From an uncultured Gemmatimonadaceae bacterium (GTDB lineage: Bacteria; Gemmatimonadota; Gemmatimonadetes; Gemmatimonadales; Gemmatimonadaceae), in the NCBI GenBank assembly GCA_963781585.1, contig CAWAGQ010000004.1, forward strand, positions 640,001 to 704,000: a DNA stretch of 64,000 nt, in the 5' to 3' direction. The stretch's first letter is position 1. The number at the start of each line of letters is the position of its first letter. The notes beneath the pieces are model-generated. The model saw only the letters and a program-made list of their open reading frames with translations, had not been told where the DNA came from and made no database searches. The translations under genes and the position numbers were made by a program. Below are positions 58,020 to 64,000 of the stretch, in pieces.

Positions 58020-58483
58020 AGGAGGCCCTCCCGTTGGGCCAGATGCAACAGCCGCTCCTGGCGCCGCCACATGGGCGAGCGCTCGCGGCGCCCGTTCTCC
58101 GGGTGGCGCATGCCTAACGCGTGGAGGATGCCGTGGATGACCACGCGGGCCAGTTCCTCGCGAACCGGGAGACCGAGGCGCCGGGCCTGGGTCCGCACCA
58201 CATCGGGCGACACGTAGATGTCGCCGACCACCGGCGCCGCGGAACCGGCGCGTCCGAGCGCGAAGGTGATGACATCGGTGGGGCCCTGATGGCCGAGATG
58301 GCGGCGGTTCATCGCGGCAATGCGGCGGCGGGACACGAACGCCAGCGACAGCAGCGCCTGCCGCTGGCCCTGGCGGTGCAGGACGGACTCCCCGAGGGCG
58401 CGCAACCGCCGCGCGCCCAGGGCCGGACGAAAGCCGCCCAGGTCGATGTCGATCGCCAGGTCAGGCGTTGAAGTCTTCCGCAT
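58016..58483 (-). CDS. ybeY: rRNA maturation endoribonuclease
   Basis: [25 protein letters not shown]; start uncertain (ATG 58483 or CTG 58459). Confidence 0.9.
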   Translation of the reverse strand: MRKTSTPDLAIDIDLGGFRPALGARRLRALGESVLHRQGQRQALLSLAFVSRRRIAAMNRRHLGHQGPTDVITFALGRAGSAAPVVGDIYVSPDVVRTQARRLGLPVREELARVVIHGILHALGMRHPENGRRERSPMWRRQERLLHLAQREGLL

Positions 58484-59408
58484 ATGCCTTGATGATGTCG
58501 CGCACCAGGCGATGCCGGACGACATCGATTTCCGAGAGGTAGTGGAATGCGATGCCATCGATGCCCGACAGGATCCGCTCGATCTGGATGAGCCCCGACT
58601 CCTCCCGCCGTGGGAGGTCGATCTGCGTCTTGTCGCCGGTGATCACGGTGCGCGAATTCACCCCGAGCCGCGTGAGGAACATCTTCATCTGCGCGCTGGT
58701 CGCGTTCTGGGCTTCGTCGAGAATGACGAACGCGTCACTCAGCGTGCGACCGCGCATGTAGGCGAGGGGCGCGATCTCGAGCACCCGCGACTCGAGGGCG
58801 CGCTGCATCCGCTCGGCCGGCATCATGTCCTCGAGCGCATCGTAGAGCGGCCGCAGGTACGGGTCCACCTTGGCCTGCATGTCACCAGGCAGGAATCCGA
58901 GACTCTCACCCGCTTCCACCGCGGGCCGCGCGAGAATGATCCGGCGCACCCGCTTCCGCATCAGCGCGTCCACGGCGGCGGCGACGGCGAGATACGTCTT
59001 GCCGGTGCCGGCCGGACCGATGCCGACCACGATGTCGTTGTCGAGAATCAGACGAAGGTACTCCGCCTGGCCCGGCGTCCGCGGCTGGATGATGCGGCGC
59101 ACTCCCGGCAGCACGATCCGCTCGCCGGCGTCGGCCGTGTCCCGCGAGGTGTCGAGACTCATCCGGAGCACGTCATCCGCGTCGAGCGTGAGGCGCTGCC
59201 GTGCGGCATCGATCATGCGCTGGGCAATGGCGGTGGCGCGTTCCACCGATTCGGGCGCTCCGGCGACGCTCAGCGTGTCGCCGCGGAGGGCGATGCGCGC
59301 GCCGGTTTGTCGCGCCAGCTCGATCAGATTCGCGTCATTCACGCCGGCGAGGACGAGCAGGTCCGCACCTTCCGCGTTGAGCCGCTGGGTCGGGGAGTCG
59401 TCAGGCAC
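58461..59408 (-). CDS. phoH: PhoH family ATPase
   Basis: [50 protein letters not shown]. Confidence 0.95.
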   Translation of the reverse strand: MPDDSPTQRLNAEGADLLVLAGVNDANLIELARQTGARIALRGDTLSVAGAPESVERATAIAQRMIDAARQRLTLDADDVLRMSLDTSRDTADAGERIVLPGVRRIIQPRTPGQAEYLRLILDNDIVVGIGPAGTGKTYLAVAAAVDALMRKRVRRIILARPAVEAGESLGFLPGDMQAKVDPYLRPLYDALEDMMPAERMQRALESRVLEIAPLAYMRGRTLSDAFVILDEAQNATSAQMKMFLTRLGVNSRTVITGDKTQIDLPRREESGLIQIERILSGIDGIAFHYLSEIDVVRHRLVRDIIKAYAEDFNA

Positions 59409-59421
59409 GAGGGGTGCGCGC

Positions 59422-61200
59422 CTACCGCCGCCGCAGGTGGAGCGCGGCCAGATCAGCCTCGGTCACCGGACTGGGCGCGTCCTCGAACAGGGCGCGCGCG
59501 GCCGTGGTCTTGGGAAAGGCGATCACGTCGCGCAGCGAGCCGCTTCCCGACAGGAGCATCACGGTGCGGTCGAACCCGACGGCGAACCCGCCATGCGGCG
59601 GCGCACCGGCAGCCAGTGCCTGGAGCAGAAAACCGAACCGCTCCGACGCCTCCTGCTCGCTCATCCCGAGGTGGGTGAAGACGCGGCGCTGTATCGCGGG
59701 ATCGGTGATCCGGATGGAGCCCGACCCGAGCTCATTGCCGTTGTAGACCGCGTCGTAATGCAGCGCCCGGCACGAGAAGGGCGCGCTGTCCAGACGATCG
59801 CTGTCATCCGGATGGGGCGAGGTGAACGGGTGATGTGCAAACACCGGCCGGCCGGTCCCGGGATCGGGCTCGAAGAGCGGAAAGTCGACGACCCACAGAA
59901 ACGCGTGCCGGCTCTCCGGTTTCACTGCAGTTCGCCTGATCACCTCCTGTCGCACGCGATCGAGCACCGGAGACGTCACGCGATCGGGTCCGACTGCCAT
60001 CAAGGCGGCGTCGCCGTCGCCGACACCGAGATTGTCGAGCGTGTCGGTGGTGAAGAACTTCCCCAGCGAGCCCGACACCTGGCCCGCCTGGCGCTTGACC
60101 CACGCCAGTCCGGACGCGCCGTGCAGTTTGGCGGTTTCGGCAAGCTGGTCGAGGTCCTTTCTCGACAGCGACGCCCCGGCGGCCACCGCGAGCCCGCGCA
60201 CCCGCGATCCGTCCGACAGCGCCGATTCGAAGAACGGAACGCCGAGCGGACGGACGGGGCTCGTCCAGTCGGCGATCGGCAACGCGTACCGCAGGTCCGG
60301 CTTGTCGGTGCCGTAGCGTTCCATGGCGTCGCGCCACGCGAGACGCGGGAACGGGGTCGCCACGTCATGGCCCGCAGCTTTCCACAGTGCGACGAGCAGC
60401 GCCTCCACGAATCCGAGCACGTCCTCCTGCTGCACGAACGACGCCTCGAGATCGATCTGCGTGAACTCCGGCTGCCGGTCGTTGCGGAGATCCTCGTCGC
60501 GGAAGCATCGCGCGATCTGAAAGTAGCGGTCGAAGCCCGACACCATGAGCAGCTGCTTGTAGATCTGCGGCGATTGTGGAAGGGCGTAGAACTCGCCGGC
60601 ATGGACGCGAGACGGGACGAGATAGTCGCGCGCGCCTTCCGGAGTGGGCTTGGTCAGAATCGGAGTCTCGATTTCGAAGAATCCCTGTTCGCTCAGATTG
60701 CGCCGTGCCGCCTGCATGAGTCGGTGGCGCAGCAGCAGGTTGTCTCGCAGCTCGGGACGCCGCAGATCGAGGTGCCGGTAGCGGAGGCGGAGTTCTTCGG
60801 CGGGCAGGTTCTCGCCTTTCGCGCGCGCCACCGGGATGGCGGGAGTGACCGCGGGACCCACCACGCGGGCGGTGCGAGCCCGAACCTCGATGTCACCGGT
60901 TTCCAACTCGGGATTGCGTCCTTCCGGCGGGCGCGGCGCGACCGTGCCCTCGACCAGGATGACGTCTTCGCTGGACAATTGCTCCGCCACGCGGAGGGCG
61001 TCTTCGGTCGCGCTGCCGGGCGCGAATGAAACCTGGACGATGCCGGCGCGGTCCCGCAGGTCGATGAACAGGAGTCCGCCGAGGTTGCGCACGCGATGCA
61101 CCCAGCCGCCGAGCCGCACGTTCACCCCCTGGTGTTCGAGGCGCAGAACGCCACACAGGTGCGTGCGTAAGCTGGTTGCTCGTGGTAACACGTCCGTCAC
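59422..61200 (-). CDS. aspS: aspartate-tRNA ligase
   Basis: [63 protein letters not shown] start at 61200. Confidence 0.97.
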   Translation of the reverse strand: MTDVLPRATSLRTHLCGVLRLEHQGVNVRLGGWVHRVRNLGGLLFIDLRDRAGIVQVSFAPGSATEDALRVAEQLSSEDVILVEGTVAPRPPEGRNPELETGDIEVRARTARVVGPAVTPAIPVARAKGENLPAEELRLRYRHLDLRRPELRDNLLLRHRLMQAARRNLSEQGFFEIETPILTKPTPEGARDYLVPSRVHAGEFYALPQSPQIYKQLLMVSGFDRYFQIARCFRDEDLRNDRQPEFTQIDLEASFVQQEDVLGFVEALLVALWKAAGHDVATPFPRLAWRDAMERYGTDKPDLRYALPIADWTSPVRPLGVPFFESALSDGSRVRGLAVAAGASLSRKDLDQLAETAKLHGASGLAWVKRQAGQVSGSLGKFFTTDTLDNLGVGDGDAALMAVGPDRVTSPVLDRVRQEVIRRTAVKPESRHAFLWVVDFPLFEPDPGTGRPVFAHHPFTSPHPDDSDRLDSAPFSCRALHYDAVYNGNELGSGSIRITDPAIQRRVFTHLGMSEQEASERFGFLLQALAAGAPPHGGFAVGFDRTVMLLSGSGSLRDVIAFPKTTAARALFEDAPSPVTEADLAALHLRRR

Positions 61201-61407
61201 GCGGTCGAGGCTCCGAGCGGGCAAATCTCCCGGTCCGCGACGCGACCCGACCCTCTCATCCTCATGTGCGGCAAAGATCGCTCGCGGGTGCCAAGCGCAA
61301 TGGTGGCGATGGTCGAGGCATTGGTGCCTTGGCAATCTAAGGGACAGGGACGTGGGCGGGTAGCGATGTCGTTGACCGCACCTGGTCTGATGCATAAGCT
61401 TAAGTCA

Positions 61408-62313
61408 ATGCGCCACAATGGGTTTTGGGCAGCGCTTCTTGCACTTTCGCCGCTACTGGTCTCGGCGCAGCAGATCCCCGGACGGGATCTGTTCGAGTTT
61501 CCCCTGGGCTCGCTGGCGGAGGGACGGGCTCTGGCGCTCGCGACCGGCGATGGTCTGCGGAACCCGGCATCCATTGGATTGCCGACAGGCGTGCGCGCCC
61601 GATTCTCGGTCTCGTCGCTCACCAGTGGGACGGATGAGGGGGTGGCTGGACAGATCCTGTCGGTCGCGGTGCCGGTTCGGAATCAGGTCACGGCCGGCGT
61701 GTCCGTGGCCCGGGCTGCGGTGAGCGGGATCGGACTCACGCAGGACGATCCCCAGTCAGTGGGCAGCGATCTGCCCTACAGCGTATTCGTGCTGTCGGCA
61801 CTCGCGGCGCGTCGCTCGTCTCCCAACGTCACAACCGGAGTGGCACTCCGCTACCAGTACGGGGAGCTGGATACGGAGCACCGGACTGCGCTCGGGGTCG
61901 ACGCTGGCGTGGTTGTGGAGCACATCCTCACGGTCGACGGCCGGCTTGGTCTGTCGAGCTTTCTCTGGCGTCCCGGGACCGGGAGTGGCGATGGCGCGGC
62001 GTTTTCCGGAGCGTTCGACGCGAGGATTGCGGGGCGTGATTCGCTGGCGCAACTGCGCGCCGGCTATTCGTACAACGACTCGCCCGGACTGGACCGGGAG
62101 CATTACGCGTTCGCGTCGGCGCGCGTGGGACGATGGGAGGCGCGCGGCGGGCTCGCGCGGACCCTGGTGGCGGGGCACTACACGTCGCGGATGCGTTTTG
62201 CGATCGACCTGCACTACGCGCGCTACCTGGTGGGTGTGGCGCGCGACGAGAGTCCGGCGGGGCTGACGGCGATCTATCATTTCACGTTCGTGACGTCGGT
62301 GCCCTCGCCATGA
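61408..62313 (+). CDS. hypothetical outer-membrane beta-barrel protein
   Basis: Signal peptide ..PLLVSAQQ, NPA motif, alternating beta strands (PorV/FadL-like layout). Confidence 0.55.
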   Translation: MRHNGFWAALLALSPLLVSAQQIPGRDLFEFPLGSLAEGRALALATGDGLRNPASIGLPTGVRARFSVSSLTSGTDEGVAGQILSVAVPVRNQVTAGVSVARAAVSGIGLTQDDPQSVGSDLPYSVFVLSALAARRSSPNVTTGVALRYQYGELDTEHRTALGVDAGVVVEHILTVDGRLGLSSFLWRPGTGSGDGAAFSGAFDARIAGRDSLAQLRAGYSYNDSPGLDREHYAFASARVGRWEARGGLARTLVAGHYTSRMRFAIDLHYARYLVGVARDESPAGLTAIYHFTFVTSVPSP

Positions 62314-63386
62314 CAATCAATCTGCTCGATCTGCTGCCTGACGAGGCCGAGCAGGCGGTGGCCGCGTTCGCTCGCGAGCAGGGCGAACCCACGTATCGCG
62401 GGCGCCAGGTGGTCGGGCACCTGTGGCAGCGCCCGGCGGCGTCGTTCGAGGCGATGAGCGATCTGCCGCGCGCATTCCGCGACGGCCTCACTGCGCGCTT
62501 CACCGTCCCCCGCCTCGCGCTCGAGGTGCGGCAGACGTCGCTCGACGGGACCGAGAAGTTTCTGTTCCGGCTGCACGACGGCCAGGCGATCGAGACGGTG
62601 GCGATCCCCGACCGCGGACGCCTCACGCTCTGCATCTCGTCGCAGGCCGGGTGCGCCCTCCAGTGCGCCTTCTGCGCGACCGGCGCGATGGGGTTTGCGC
62701 GGAATCTGCAGCCGTTCGAAATCGCCGGGCAGGTGCGGGAGATGGCGCTGCTCGATCCACCCCTGCGGCCCACCAACGTGGTGTTCATGGGGATGGGGGA
62801 GCCGCTGATGAACTGGCCTGCGGTGGAACGGGCGCTCGAGCTGCTCAATCATCCCAAGGGGCTCGAGATCGGGGCCCGCCATATCACCGTGTCGACCGTG
62901 GGTGTGCTGCCCGGCATCGAAGCGTTAGGCGCGCGCCCGGAGCAGTTCCGGCTGGCGATCTCGGTGCATGCTCCCACCGACGCGTTGCGCCGGTCGCTGA
63001 TGCCGATCAACCTGAAGTATCCGCTGGCGTCGGTGATCGAAGCCGCAAAGTGCTTCGCGCGGCGCGTGACCTTCGAGTACGTGATGCTGCGGGGCGTGAA
63101 CGACAGCGCCCAGTCGGCCGATACGCTGGGCGCGCTGGCGCGGGAGTGCGGCGCGTTCGTGAACCTCATTCCGCTGCACCCTGGCGGCGCCGGACCGTTC
63201 TCTCCCACGGCGGCCGCGGATATCCGGCGGTTCGCTGGACGCCTGCGTGCCGCAGGCGTCCGCGTGGCGGTGCGAAAGAGCCGGGGCCTGGACATCGCGG
63301 CCGCCTGCGGTCAGCTACGGGTGGAACGGCTGCGACGGCGGCCGCCAGTCGGTGCCGAGGAGCACCGTGACATCCAGGTAGCGTGA
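62310..63386 (+). CDS. rlmN: 23S rRNA/tRNA adenine C2-methyltransferase
   Basis: CISSQAGCALQCAFCATG, FMGMGEP, FEYVML, NLIP, DIAAACGQL. Confidence 0.96.
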   Translation: MTINLLDLLPDEAEQAVAAFAREQGEPTYRGRQVVGHLWQRPAASFEAMSDLPRAFRDGLTARFTVPRLALEVRQTSLDGTEKFLFRLHDGQAIETVAIPDRGRLTLCISSQAGCALQCAFCATGAMGFARNLQPFEIAGQVREMALLDPPLRPTNVVFMGMGEPLMNWPAVERALELLNHPKGLEIGARHITVSTVGVLPGIEALGARPEQFRLAISVHAPTDALRRSLMPINLKYPLASVIEAAKCFARRVTFEYVMLRGVNDSAQSADTLGALARECGAFVNLIPLHPGGAGPFSPTAAADIRRFAGRLRAAGVRVAVRKSRGLDIAAACGQLRVERLRRRPPVGAEEHRDIQVA

Positions 63387-63746
63387 GGAATCGGGGCTCA
63401 GTTCCACGCGCCCGCCGCCGAGCGCCCGCACGACGAGCCGGGCCCAGTTGGGATTGCCGGATCGATCGAGCACCACTGTGCTGTCGCGCCGTCCGGTATC
63501 GTTGGCATACCGCACCACGTCGAACCCGGCATCGCGCAGTGCAAAAGTGGCGCGTCGCGCCAGGCCGCGCACGCCGCTGGCGTTCAGGACCTCGACCTTG
63601 ATCCGGACGCCGGCGGGTGCCACGGATTGACGGGATGCGGCCGGTCGTCCCGCGCCGTCGTGACGCAGCCAGAACAGAAGACTGATCGCCGCGATCGCGA
63701 TCAGCAGGGCCCCGGTGGCTGCGCGCCTCAGAGGAGGCAGTTCCAC
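63315..63746 (-). CDS. LytR C-terminal domain protein
   Basis: TM anchor, KVEVLNASGVRGLAR, DVTVLLGTDW. Confidence 0.85.
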   Translation of the reverse strand: MELPPLRRAATGALLIAIAAISLLFWLRHDGAGRPAASRQSVAPAGVRIKVEVLNASGVRGLARRATFALRDAGFDVVRYANDTGRRDSTVVLDRSGNPNWARLVVRALGGGRVELSPDSSRYLDVTVLLGTDWRPPSQPFHP

Positions 63747-64000
63747 AGCGCCACTGTCCCCGGGAACACGGGCTTCCCTTCCCGAATGGTCCACTCGAGC
63801 CGCATGCGGACGACCTGCGCGAAGACGCCGTCGAAATCGCCTGGCACCCGCTGCGCCAGGAACGCGCGGTCGCGGCGCATGAACGGACGCCCGGGCTCGA
63901 GAAAATCGGCCATGAAGAGCGCCCGGCCGGCACGAGCCCAATCCGGATTGCCGAGCGTATGCCACCGGACGGCCTCGAGGACGGCGTCGCGATCCTCACC
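63728..64000 (-). CDS. YqeK-like HD-domain protein, C-terminal part (runs off window end)
   Basis: AVRWHTLG...GRALFMADFLEPGR. Confidence 0.7.
   Translation of the reverse strand, partial: GEDRDAVLEAVRWHTLGNPDWARAGRALFMADFLEPGRPFMRRDRAFLAQRVPGDFDGVFAQVVRMRLEWTIREGKPVFPGTVALWNCLL

Noticed and set aside
4081..61029. Long antisense or alternate-frame ORFs (for example 4081..6135, 32561..34300, 35991..38333, 50799..52706, 58870..61029)
   Set aside because: Shadow ORFs of well-supported genes, expected at high GC; Arg/Ala/Pro-rich with no motifs.
63315..63386. 72-bp convergent overlap of rlmN and the LytR_C gene as antisense regulation
   Set aside because: The overlap is in the non-conserved tail after CGQL; such overlaps are common in compact GC-rich genomes.

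Overview
High-GC bacterial chromosome segment. Gene order and protein sequences suggest Gemmatimonadota (inference only). Two blocks of mostly minus-strand housekeeping genes (pgk-gap-comF-aroE-ptp-tsaC-ispD-radA-dnaB-udg-coaBC-rpoZ-gmk-yicC-pepA on the left; ECF sigma/anti-sigma, rpmA-rplU-rng, recQ, U32 hydroxylase, atuA/carboxylase/B12 mutase/meaB, corC-like x2, ybeY, phoH, aspS, rlmN on the right) flank a ~14.9 kb element integrated in tRNA-Leu(CAA), bounded by a 56-bp att duplication (17734-17789 and 32608-32663). The element looks like a phage satellite: tyrosine integrase with arm-type repeats, Xis/AlpA-like and repressor HTH proteins, an AAA_25 helicase with iteron-like repeats, a cos-like site and a P27-family small terminase, but no capsid, portal, large terminase or tail. 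Its most unusual features are (i) an S49 head-protease homologue with both catalytic serines replaced, (ii) two integron gene cassettes with a canonical attC but no integron integrase, (iii) a DUF6941-like/HicA/HicB triad and (iv) an XRE-HEPN operon behind a divergent operator switch. Outside the element there is a c-di-GMP-I riboswitch before a lipoprotein gene, a compact chaperone-usher-like pilus locus, a mutase with isobutyryl-CoA-type specificity residues, a frameshifted radA, and a strongly over-represented non-palindromic octamer GCCTAACG/CGTTAGGC written into core genes with rare TTA/AGG codons. All family assignments come from motif recognition; no database searches were run.
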